Source: an uncultured Candidatus Saccharibacteria bacterium (GTDB taxonomy: Bacteria; Patescibacteriota; Minisyncoccia; Phycocordibacterales; PALSA-1337). From it: DNA of 35,160 nt. Shown one piece after another: positions 9,101 to 15,661 of the stretch. The position numbers and the translations under genes were made by a program. Every line of letters begins with the position of its first letter. The first letter of the stretch is position 1. The notes beneath the pieces are model-generated. The model did no database searches and had not been told where the DNA came from. It was given only the letters and a program-made list of their open reading frames with translations. Where the stretch lies: contig CAZQKU010000001.1 in NCBI GenBank assembly GCA_964593965.1, positions 1 to 35,160 on the forward strand, written 5' to 3'.

Positions 9101-9384
9101 GCTCCAAATTGTACGCCAGAATATCCGCCGTCTTTATTTAAAGTTAATAACGGCTGGTTAGTAGCATTCGTATTCGTCGCATCATAACCATTCCCCGACT
9201 TATCAGCCCACAAAGCGATCTTATCGCTCTCTAATGTCGCAGGCTGTGTCTTGGCAGTATCCTTGTAGAAAGAATTTGGTTGAGAGGCATCCAACCATAG
9301 TTGAAGACCCGGTATATCGGTTGGAGCGGAAATAGCAAACGCTTTTTGAGCTGACGATCCGAAAAATATAGCAAAAACCGCCAA
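6169..9384 (-). CDS. Giant secreted surface protein: LamG-like, SGNH/GDSL hydrolase, FN3-like repeats, Ig-like domain and a C-terminal peptidoglycan-binding domain
   Basis: 1071 aa. LamG-like segment: LQLWLDAS...NGYIQAVYIYNRALSFNEINNV. SGNH blocks: VVYDGNSISAGG and DGTHQNTVG. FN3 segment: GFAYGTSP...TGLTPNTTYYFRAYAVNSAG. Ig-like segment: TPPTVALTSP...ASDDVAVAGVQFKLD. PG_binding_1-like segment: VKKLQIFLNSQGF...YFGLATKAALMKFQ. The only in-frame start is TTG at 9384, which truncates an in-frame signal-peptide n-region. See the (CT)n finding for the alternative ATG at 9457. Confidence 0.85.
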   Translation of the reverse strand: MAVFAIFFGSSAQKAFAISAPTDIPGLQLWLDASQPNSFYKDTAKTQPATLESDKIALWADKSGNGYDATNTNATNQPLLTLNKDGGYSGVQFGASANTLLTLGNPSVLNFGNTGSSTVFIVYKQTSSGVTYANLLHKGSSSNRAWWLVTSSSQVKNYGDGNYNFSSTTNSLLHGNVYEDSFTPDPNISTSGTQLIYLNGYLPSDGSPSAFNTFATEGAGLPNFDTTSVWNIGGDGSFLFNGYIQAVYIYNRALSFNEINNVNAYLASRFNIPWTWPLPLTNRVVYDGNSISAGGALGAIPFSDIIDGLETVKVPYVNQAVSGKTTSQLIVDAPTKVDPLFDSTLVNNILVGWEGTNEPAYTNLPTYYSARQAVGWENIAVTVLPNTENPSEVVRQATNASLRANYTTYAQALVDMGNDPVMGQAGQNSNTTYYNPDGTHQNTVGETVIANRIWPAIDALIHPLTLISNISTSTTASSAIIGWTSNASSSSIVDFDLTSNYSTSTAEQDNSSTTRKITGHSITVSGLQSCVLYHYRVRSNRLSITNDLVYLKNGTASSTDSTFITTGCTGNAAVSTSTSSMLTTASGGPLNLDTLSITVPTSFTSTSTFANFQIKSLDPTAFIASAGAPTSKSLVGNKIFNLKALTDATTTLPTFSQALTVTMSYVSGDITGILESSLKIYRYDGSSWTALTGCSVNTGAKTVTCSTSNFSDFGMYGDPIVAPSISTVAASPISTSTATLNASITSTGGADATQSGFAYGTSPTLATVIATTTLNGQTGITTFSQSFTGLTPNTTYYFRAYAVNSAGTSTGSILPFTTTDTTPPTVALTSPSGGSTVAGSAVSLSATASDDVAVAGVQFKLDSTTNIGSEITVAPYTTTWDSTAVSDGLHTIVAVARDNAGNYATSSLITVTVKNAVLPPAVTTSYSSSGGSASSQVNNLLAMGFYTQAQQVANQYGITIPAQNVPTQNVISVKTPSSNSGSSFLRTLKSGVTSSDVKKLQIFLNSQGFIVAKNGAGSPGHETTYFGLATKAALMKFQQAYKKEILEPQGLTVPTGFFGVATMNEVNALMK

Positions 9385-9431
9385 AATGACGATGACACAT
9401 TTTGCCTTCCAATTTTTAGAGAGAGCTTCTA

Positions 9432-9446
9432 CTCTCTCTCTCTCTC
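9432..9446. repeat. (CT)7.5 dinucleotide microsatellite in the 5' region of the giant surface-protein gene
   Basis: CTCTCTCTCTCTCTC is read directly at 9432-9446. It lies between an out-of-frame ATG (9457-9455, minus strand) and the open frame of the 1071-aa ORF. Confidence 0.9.
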
Positions 9447-9603
9447 GTTAATCGCATAATTAGTTTTTAATACGGCCACGGTTAATAATTTAGTGGACTT
9501 TTAATGACTGCTCCAAATCGTACTTATATACTCTTGTGAGATTGTGCTAATTATAAACCATCTATGCATTTTATGGAAATCAAAGTATATGCACCGTTTT
9601 TGC

Positions 9604-9633
9604 TTGACTTGCAGTAACCTTTAGGTATATACT
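9604..9633 (+). promoter_or_regulatory. Sigma-70-like promoter with no ORF downstream
   Basis: TTGACT at 9604-9609, then either N16 to TATATA (9626-9631) or N18 to TATACT (9628-9633). About 50 nt further on come two hairpins and a T-run (9648-9689). Confidence 0.4.
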
Positions 9634-9665
9634 CTTACTATCGGATCGGGGTGTCCCCGGTCGGT

Positions 9666-9689
9666 AAAAGGTCCCGCAAGGGACTTTTT
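9666..9689 (-). terminator. Bidirectional hairpin terminator downstream of the DUF3800 gene
   Basis: AAAAGGTCCC-GCAA-GGGACTTTTT sits directly after the stop codon at 9694-9696. A/T runs on both sides allow it to function on either strand. Confidence 0.55.
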
Positions 9690-9693
9690 ACGT

Positions 9694-10476
9694 TTATGGA
9701 AAGACTTTCAATCCGTAGCCGTCCACTTTTCCGTTGCTTCCTTTTCTCAATTTACTCTCTATTATCTGGAACGGTATGTAAGGTTCTTCCGAATTCAAAA
9801 CATGCCGAGCGATCGGATACGCGCACAGGTCGGCGATTTGCAGACCTATATCGTTATCTTTTTTCAATTTCATATTGAATTCGATGATGCGCTGCTTGAA
9901 GCGATCGCTACCGACATGGTATGTCCCCTTATCGATCACGCTGTTGTAGTGCGCGAGCAATTGAGTGTCTTCTTTCTTGCCTCTTTTTTCTATGTTGATC
10001 GACACGGTCGAAGCCGAGGTCTTTTCATCAGTGCAGAAGACCAATCGTTCGAGAATATATGAAAGACAGATCGTGTAAGGATTCTGAGCGATCTTTCCGT
10101 ATTTCTCGATATGCTTCTTCTTGTCGATCGCGACGGCTATGACCGTAAACCGTGCATCTTTTATTATCGCGTTGAGCTTTTCATAAAATTTTTTCTTCAG
10201 GTCGAGGTCGAATAGTATCTGGAATGCGCCGTCACATTTCCTGATATCTCTAGAATGCAGGATGACTTCGGTAGTCTTGAAAAACTCCATCTTGAGATCA
10301 TTGATCCTGCTGACCATGTCGTTATACTCAGTATCCTCAAAAAGACAGCCTGCAAGCAGAAATATCGGAAAGTTTTCATCGACAAAACCCAGACCGTGAT
10401 CACCGGTTTCATCAAGAAAGAAATTATACTTTTTCGGTTGAGTGGGCATACGATGCGTGGTTATTCTTTCTGTCAT
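9694..10476 (-). CDS. DUF3800 domain protein
   Basis: 260 aa. The N-terminal YNFFLDETGDHG motif is characteristic of DUF3800. TATGAT lies 5 nt upstream of the ATG. Confidence 0.75.
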   Translation of the reverse strand: MTERITTHRMPTQPKKYNFFLDETGDHGLGFVDENFPIFLLAGCLFEDTEYNDMVSRINDLKMEFFKTTEVILHSRDIRKCDGAFQILFDLDLKKKFYEKLNAIIKDARFTVIAVAIDKKKHIEKYGKIAQNPYTICLSYILERLVFCTDEKTSASTVSINIEKRGKKEDTQLLAHYNSVIDKGTYHVGSDRFKQRIIEFNMKLKKDNDIGLQIADLCAYPIARHVLNSEEPYIPFQIIESKLRKGSNGKVDGYGLKVFP

Positions 10477-10522
10477 ATTTTATCATAAAATTTCAAAAAG
10501 AAATCTCTCCTCTTATTATCCT

Positions 10523-10758
10523 GAAAAAACCTGCAGGGCGTCGCGCGAAAACGAAGAGGAAGGGCGGACGGCGACCTCCCCCACACCCCCGGCCGCCGTC
10601 CGCCCTTCACGACGCGCCGAGCGGAGCGAAGGCGCAATGGGACGACCCCACACAAGGAAGCGTCGCGAAGCGACACCTCATTGTTCCAGATTCGCGGCGA
10701 AAAAGGTTCGAACTTCGTTCAGGAATCGGCACAAACTCACTTCGTTCGTTTTTTGTGC
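10523..10758 (-). repeat. GC-rich hairpin-dense repeat, copy B
   Basis: Inverted copy of 5196-5430. The same 14-bp stem is present (10559-10572 / 10595-10608). The differences between copies fall mostly in loops and spacers. Confidence 0.8.
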
Positions 10759-10845
10759 GCCTTGTGGGACGATATTGGAACGGAAATAACCAAATAAAAA
10801 GTACAACCTTCCAGATATTGAGGGGGTTGATCTTCCTTTTATCCG

Positions 10846-11022
10846 TTAATTGCTAGCCTCTTTTTTCATGGTAACAACCAAATCCTTGACCATTCCGTTA
10901 ATTTTTCCGAGATACATTTCCATCTCCTGCATAATCTTAAGCTTTTCAGCTGGTGAAGTACTTGCTTTCTTCAATTTCTCAATACTCTCTTTTATTTGTT
11001 CTTTTGGTATTTTATTTATCAT
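10846..11022 (-). CDS. Small 58-aa helical protein (below the ORF-track cutoff)
   Basis: Manual translation: MINKIPKEQIKESIEKLKKASTSPAEKLKIMQEMEMYLGKINGMVKDLVVTMKKEASN. It starts 20 nt downstream of the 124-aa gene on the same strand. No SD sequence is present. Confidence 0.35.
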   Translation of the reverse strand: MINKIPKEQIKESIEKLKKASTSPAEKLKIMQEMEMYLGKINGMVKDLVVTMKKEASN

Positions 11023-11041
11023 ATTTTTATAATTTATTTAA

Positions 11042-11416
11042 TTACCCAAGAATATCAATTCTATCTGCCACAAAAGCCGCAACTTTTGCAAGAGAAGTAA
11101 CGGCCGTCATTCCGATGGTAACGACGAGTGCTTCTTTGGTATTTATCCCCTCCATATATGCATCTGCCGCGACGAGACCACCCATAAGAGCGGGGAACGA
11201 CCAAAGAATTGCATCCTCAGTAATAAACGTTTTTACACCTTCGATCCCCTTTTTTACCGCCGCACTCCATCCATTCTTTGGCTCTTTAGTAGCCAATTGA
11301 TCAAATTGTTCAAGATTCGTTTGTAACTCAGCCGCAGTAGTATCAAGTTTTTCTTGTTGAGCACCAATCTCTCCCTCAATTCCTGAATTTTCAGGGTTAG
11401 ATTCTATATTAGACAT
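11042..11416 (-). CDS. Hypothetical protein (124 aa) with a hydrophobic C-terminal half
   Basis: ORF with a coiled/acidic N-terminus and the hydrophobic segments ILWSFPALMGGLVAADAY and LVVTIGMTAVTSLAKVAAFV. TAATAT lies 7 nt before the ATG. Confidence 0.6.
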   Translation of the reverse strand: MSNIESNPENSGIEGEIGAQQEKLDTTAAELQTNLEQFDQLATKEPKNGWSAAVKKGIEGVKTFITEDAILWSFPALMGGLVAADAYMEGINTKEALVVTIGMTAVTSLAKVAAFVADRIDILG

Positions 11417-11499
11417 ATTTTTTATATTACATTAATAATAAAACGTAGACACATATTATTATAACGTTTTTTCGTTAAGTAGCTATGTTTTTAGTACCC

Positions 11500-11528
11500 T
11501 TGACATAATAACCTATTTGGTATACACT
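11500..11528 (+). promoter_or_regulatory. Sigma-70-like promoter for the 129-aa membrane protein gene
   Basis: TTGACA at 11500-11505, then N15 to TGgTATACA (extended -10, 11518-11526). The downstream leader ends in a GGAGG SD at 11593-11597. Confidence 0.5.
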
Positions 11529-11603
11529 TATGGCAGATAAGGTCTGGTTTTACGTAGCCTTAGTTCCTGAACAATCAAACATTCAACAATTGGAGGAATT
11601 CAT

Positions 11604-11993
11604 ATGTTTATCAAACGCCTTGTAAATTCCGTAATCACAATTCCTGTTCTGTTCGTCATCTCCGCAGTCTTGATCGTCGCTTCTGCTTACCTCGGACACT
11701 ACCTTGACTATTTCGAAGCGACGCACCAGCCGATAGGTGTCGGAGCGGTTGCGTTTCTCATGGGAGCCGCGATGCTGGACTGTCTGATGTTTCTCGGGGC
11801 TGTCTTCATCAGTACGGGTGCTGTCGCCGTTCTCATCACAGGCCACGGCCTATTGTGGCGGCGAGTGGACGAGCACGACTTTCTGCAAAATCCCGACGGA
11901 TCGGTTTTCCGAAGATTCGAGAAGGCAGACCTCATTTGGAGATGGAGTCCAATCTTCAACGGGCGGAAATTGATGGGATACAGCGATTTTTGA
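11604..11993 (+). CDS. Small membrane protein (129 aa)
   Basis: Two or three hydrophobic helices (ITIPVLFVISAVLIVASAYL, GVGAVAFLMGAAMLDCLMFLGAVFI). A GGAGG SD sits 6-7 nt before the ATG, which is one of the few SD-led genes in this window. Confidence 0.65.
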   Translation: MFIKRLVNSVITIPVLFVISAVLIVASAYLGHYLDYFEATHQPIGVGAVAFLMGAAMLDCLMFLGAVFISTGAVAVLITGHGLLWRRVDEHDFLQNPDGSVFRRFEKADLIWRWSPIFNGRKLMGYSDF

Positions 11994-12011
11994 TGAGGAT
12001 TGCGATAGACG

Positions 12012-12050
12012 AAATCCACTTTCAGCGATGAGGGTGGATTTTTATTTTTT
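12012..12050 (+). terminator. Rho-independent terminator
   Basis: AAATCCAC (12012-12019) pairs with GTGGATTT (12034-12041) and is followed by TTTATTTTTT. Confidence 0.45.
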
Positions 12051-12456
12051 AAACATGGACGTACTGTTCGATACAGAGTTAATTTGCTTCTAAAATAGAG
12101 TGTCTTTGACTAAGCCGTACTGCTGCTCTATAGCAGGGTTATAAAAATTGCTTCTAATTTCTTCTAACAAAGATAGTCAGAAATTGGCTTCATAGTAAGT
12201 ACTTCGAGATTCACCAACAGGATGTAAGAGCTTCATATCAACCGTTGTTACTTTCGAACAGATTAAAAAAGTCTTTCTAGACGGCAGTACAGCCTCCGCA
12301 CGGTATCTCATCGTCGATGATGAATAAAAGCGCAGAATGTTGGAAAAGATACTTTCGAACGCTTCCATTACCAACAAAAATATAGCTCAACACAGCTTTA
12401 AAAGTCCATATTCAATGCTCGCGAAAGTGTCGAAAAATGCTGATTTTTCTACTTTG

Positions 12457-12541
12457 TGCCCGGGGTGGGACTCGAACCCACATGATCTTTCGATCGACAA
12501 ATTTTAAGTCTGTTGCGTCTAGCCGATTTCGCCACCCGGGC
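12457..12541 (-). tRNA. tRNA-Leu (anticodon UAA), class II with a long variable arm
   Basis: Folded by hand. Acceptor stem GCCCGGG/CCCGGGC plus discriminator A. Anticodon loop CTTAAAA. Variable arm GATC-GAAA-GATC. T arm GTGGG-TTCGAGT-CCCAC. No encoded CCA. Confidence 0.9.
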
Positions 12542-12585
12542 GTTTCTTTATTTTTTACATCATTGAGCTGTCCGAATTTTTCGGG

Positions 12586-12659
12586 AGGCGTAGGCCGGGA
12601 TCGAACCGGCGTATAACAGTTTTGCAGACTGTCGCGTTTACCAACTTCGCCACTACGCC
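12586..12659 (-). tRNA. tRNA-Cys (anticodon GCA)
   Basis: Folded by hand. Acceptor stem GGCGTAG/CTACGCC. Anticodon stem-loop ACAGT-CTGCAAA-ACTGT. T arm GCCGG-TTCGATC-CCGGC. Confidence 0.9.
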
Positions 12660-12702
12660 ATTGGGGCATCGCATTGCGGCTATATACCGCACTGTCACTA
12701 TT

Positions 12703-13047
12703 CTAGCTGTTCTTTGAGATTTCGTCTATGTTCTGGCGGTTTTTCTCGCCGGCATCCAGAGTAAAATCAAAGAAGGGAATACGGTGCATGCGACGGCACT
12801 TCTGTGTGAAAAATTCTCGAAATTCGGCGCGCTTGCGTTTTAAGAAGTCGTGTGCAGTCTTTTCTTTATCTTGAGGCAAAACGGTAAAATAAATGTCGGC
12901 ACGAGCACCACGGTCGCCGATCTCCACTCTGGTGACGGTAATGAGCGACAGGCCGTTCGACTCAAGCTGAATGAATTCGCCGGCTGTTTCCCGGATGAGA
13001 TCCTTCAGTCTGCCGTCTTTTATTTCTGGATTGATTATGTCAGGCAT
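12703..13047 (-). CDS. rbfA: Ribosome-binding factor A
   Basis: 114 aa. RLKDLIRETAGEFIQLESNGLSLITVTRVEIGDRGARADIYFTVLP matches the RbfA KH-like core. It lies immediately downstream of infB, which is the conserved gene order. Confidence 0.85.
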   Translation of the reverse strand: MPDIINPEIKDGRLKDLIRETAGEFIQLESNGLSLITVTRVEIGDRGARADIYFTVLPQDKEKTAHDFLKRKRAEFREFFTQKCRRMHRIPFFDFTLDAGEKNRQNIDEISKNS

Positions 13048-13080
13048 TTTTTGGTGATTTTATTTTTTTTACGCTATGTC

Positions 13081-14625
13081 TTATGCGACTTTTTCCACGA
13101 TTTTAAAACCCTCAATTTTATCGCCGACGGCGATTTCTATTTTTGATTCAATAAGAGTGCCGAAATCATACCCTTCACGCACGCTCGATGCTTTGACTTT
13201 CTGCTGTTGCAATTCGCGGATCTTGCCGCGGCCGATGTCGGTATCGCGTCGCAGAATTTTTACTTCGGAACCGACGGTTATCTCGCCCTCCTGGACTTTG
13301 CCGCCGATGATTTGTTTGTCTTTATTCTTGCTGAAAATGGCCAGAATTTTTGCTTTACCAGTGGACTGCTCTTCGTATTCTTTCGGCACTTTTTCGGCGA
13401 CGGCGGCCTTGACGAATTTTATCAGATCATAAATGACACTGAATTCTTTGAGATTGACGGTAGTGGTCGGCCGTTCGAGGATGCTTTTGGCTTTTACATC
13501 CGGCTTGGCGTTGAAGGCCACAATGACGATGGAAGGATTGCTCTGGGCGGTCTTGACATCGCTTTCGGAGACGACACCGATACCTTCGATGATGATGCGG
13601 ATGGCCACTTTGTCGTTCTTAATTTTTGCCAGCTCATGCGTGATGCCGTCAAGACTGCCGACGGTATCGGCTTTGACGATGAGAGGAAGGATGATGGCGT
13701 CGGCCGCATCGCTATTTAATTTTATTTTTTGCAATCGCGGATCAGGTCTCCATTCGTCGGCCATTTTTTCTGCCACTTTTTTATCCGTAACAATAGCGAA
13801 AGGCGAACCGACCGGTGGTAATTTGTTCCAACCGACGACGGAGACCGGACTGGAAAAGGTAGCGTAGGTGAGCGACGTGCCGGTAAAATCTTCAAGAATG
13901 CGTACTGGAGCGAAGCTGTCTTCGGCCACGACATACATGCCCGTTTCGATATGACCGTCTTGTATCACCAACGTCGCACTGATGCCTTTTTTATTATCAA
14001 GATGGGCTTCGACGATGGCACCCGTGCCCAACTTTTTACTATCGGCTTTGAGATCCGCCACTTCGGCGGTGAGCATAATAAGATCAAGAAGTTCGGGTAC
14101 GCCGACACCGGTCACAGCGGAAATCGGCACAAAAGAGACATCACCGCCGTAACCTTCAAGATATATTTCATTTTCAGCCAGATTAATTTTCGTCCGTTCA
14201 ATGTTTGCTGACGGCTTATCTATTTTATTGATGGCCACGATGTAGGGGATTTTTTCGTCTTTAATGCAGGCGAGCGCCTCCAAAGTCTGCGGCTTGACGC
14301 CGTCTTCAGCCGAGACAACAAGAATGGCAATGTCGGCCACGTGCGCTCCGCGCTCGCGAATGTCACAGAAAGCTTCATGCCCCGGGGTGTCAATGAAGGT
14401 TATTTTTTTCGGTGCACTTCCCGCAGTAGTGTGTTCGACTTCGTAAGCTCCGAGATGTTGGGTGATGCCGCCGGCTTCGCCCGCCACGACATTGGTCTTG
14501 CGAATATAATCGAGCAAAGTTGACTTGCCATGGTCAATATGCCCCATGACCACGACGACGGGTGGACGTATAGAGAGAGTCGCAACGGGCGATTTTTTGA
14601 TTGTTTTTTTATTTTCAGTGGCCAT
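13081..14625 (-). CDS. infB: Translation initiation factor IF-2 (short form lacking the long N-terminal region)
   Basis: 514 aa. GTPase motifs [13 protein letters not shown] and NKID are present, followed by the C-terminal IF-2 domains. Confidence 0.95.
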   Translation of the reverse strand: MATENKKTIKKSPVATLSIRPPVVVVMGHIDHGKSTLLDYIRKTNVVAGEAGGITQHLGAYEVEHTTAGSAPKKITFIDTPGHEAFCDIRERGAHVADIAILVVSAEDGVKPQTLEALACIKDEKIPYIVAINKIDKPSANIERTKINLAENEIYLEGYGGDVSFVPISAVTGVGVPELLDLIMLTAEVADLKADSKKLGTGAIVEAHLDNKKGISATLVIQDGHIETGMYVVAEDSFAPVRILEDFTGTSLTYATFSSPVSVVGWNKLPPVGSPFAIVTDKKVAEKMADEWRPDPRLQKIKLNSDAADAIILPLIVKADTVGSLDGITHELAKIKNDKVAIRIIIEGIGVVSESDVKTAQSNPSIVIVAFNAKPDVKAKSILERPTTTVNLKEFSVIYDLIKFVKAAVAEKVPKEYEEQSTGKAKILAIFSKNKDKQIIGGKVQEGEITVGSEVKILRRDTDIGRGKIRELQQQKVKASSVREGYDFGTLIESKIEIAVGDKIEGFKIVEKVA

Positions 14626-14892
14626 AGATATGGGTAAATATGAGAAAGCCCAGCATATCAGAAAAAACGAAGGTTGGCAAACGACGACGTACCGTACGTA
14701 GCGTTTTTATTTTGCTTCGCTGGAGCATATTGATTTTGCGCACTTTTTCTACATGAGAATGAAAGCAAAAATTCATTAAAAATATGGCTAACTTTCGTCG
14801 GTCGAAACCTATCTATTCTCATTTAGAAAAAGTGCAGAGAATCAACTTAATTAGGTCTGACATTTTCTTGCTTTCTTGCCGAAATTTGTTGG

Positions 14893-14920
14893 TAATAAAA
14901 AGAAAAACCCCGCGAGGGGT
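14893..14920 (-). terminator. Short hairpin terminator (ACCCC-loop-GGGGT) with a long T-run on the minus strand
   Basis: The minus strand reads ACCCCTCGCGGGGTTTTTCTTTTTATTA. It sits just downstream of two short overlapping minus-strand ORFs (14948-15122). Confidence 0.4.
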
Positions 14921-15281
14921 ATTTCTTGTTGCACATTCTACACACACCTACGCCTCTGTCGGTGGTGTTGGTGGAGGCGTCTGCGGCTGTGGAGGAGGAA
15001 CGGGTTTTGCTTGCTTTGCCATACCTGTAAAGGCGGGTGGATTAGCTCCCGCAATGCAAAAGTATATACCCGTATATAGTTGCGGCAACAGATGTCAGCG
15101 TTAGCTCACTGACTTGACTCATCGTCAAAAGATACACCGGAATAATGAAGCCCAGACAAACTCTTTTGGTGTGGTGTAATACGTCAGATTATTACGCCAT
15201 ACTTGTCTCTCAATACAAAATAGTGTAACGTATTTTGTAGATAAGAAACTAAACCAAATTAACGCTTGCCGAAAGGATAGT

Positions 15282-15614
15282 ATGAAAAATTATTTCGTCC
15301 TGGCAGTCATGCTATTTCTGATGATTGTGCTTCATCTATGGAAATATATTAATGACTGGTTAGCTCTTTTCCATGCTCGTACTGATCTTCTGCGGAAAAA
15401 GTGGAAAACAGCCAGAAAAGAACGATTGTTGTGGAGAGATGAACACTGGCTTAATTTTAATTTCGATGACCCGGAGTATCAAAGACTTTGGGAAATTGAA
15501 ATCGGTGCCGAAGACCTGTACCTCATACGAATAAACAGCGTATGTCACGGTGCAAGCGTCAGTTGGCAGGACTATACGCATGAGCGAGAAGAATCAGAAC
15601 ATCAGGAATGGTAA
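15282..15614 (+). CDS. Hypothetical protein (110 aa) with an N-terminal TM helix
   Basis: The ORF has an AAGGA SD-like motif 5 nt upstream and an N-terminal YFVLAVMLFLMIVLHLW helix. No family was recognised. Confidence 0.55.
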   Translation: MKNYFVLAVMLFLMIVLHLWKYINDWLALFHARTDLLRKKWKTARKERLLWRDEHWLNFNFDDPEYQRLWEIEIGAEDLYLIRINSVCHGASVSWQDYTHEREESEHQEW

Positions 15615-15623
15615 GAAAAGTCA

Positions 15624-15657
15624 CGGCTCTTATGCATACGCACGAGGGCCGTTTTTT
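15624..15657 (+). terminator. Possible terminator between convergent genes
   Basis: An imperfect stem, CGGCTC ... GAGGGCCG, followed by TTTTTT at 15652-15657. Confidence 0.35.
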
Positions 15658-15661
15658 CTAT

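Larger units (their letters stand above)
5048..12472. mobile_element. Putative tRNA-Leu-associated genomic island (no integrase recognised; possibly decayed)
   Basis: A 19-nt exact direct repeat, TTGTGCCCGGGGTGGGACT, occurs at 5048-5066 and 12454-12472. The right copy is the 3' end of the intact tRNA-Leu. The enclosed genes are all accessory-type. Confidence 0.4.

Noticed and set aside
5196-10758. The repeats (or the 555-bp in-gene repeat at 25198-25873) considered as diversity-generating retroelement TR/VR pairs.
   Set aside because: There is no reverse transcriptase ORF in the window. The differences between copies are not adenine-specific. The GC-rich repeats also lie outside coding regions.
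11488-11520. A third ECF-type promoter on the minus strand (GTACTAAAAA with CCAAAT at the -35 position) upstream of the 124-aa gene.
   Set aside because: Only the -10-like half matches well and the -35 pentamer is degenerate. It is mentioned under the ECF finding but not annotated as a feature.
12177-12377. A 66-aa minus-strand ORF next to tRNA-Leu considered as a remnant of the island integrase C-terminus (..TMRYRAEAV..VDMKLLHPVGESRSTYYEA.. versus the R-H-R-Y box region).
   Set aside because: The resemblance to the LRHxxA...LGHxxxxxTxxY tyrosine-recombinase boxes is weak and the spacing is wrong. It cannot be supported without a profile search, so it is left unannotated.
1719-14764. A 16-nt exact inverted match: TTTCATTCTCATGTAG at 1719-1734 and its reverse complement at 14749-14764. 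Both are intergenic and in the same orientation relative to the downstream gene.
   Set aside because: For a 35-kb window the chance expectation for some exact 16-mer pair on either strand is of order 0.3, and higher with AT bias. It is not significant on its own.
14784-15104. A 106-aa + strand ORF upstream of infB.
   Set aside because: It reads straight through a hairpin/T-run terminator. It has a Gly/Cys-rich junk segment produced by the reverse complement of a Pro-rich coding stretch, and no recognisable start context.
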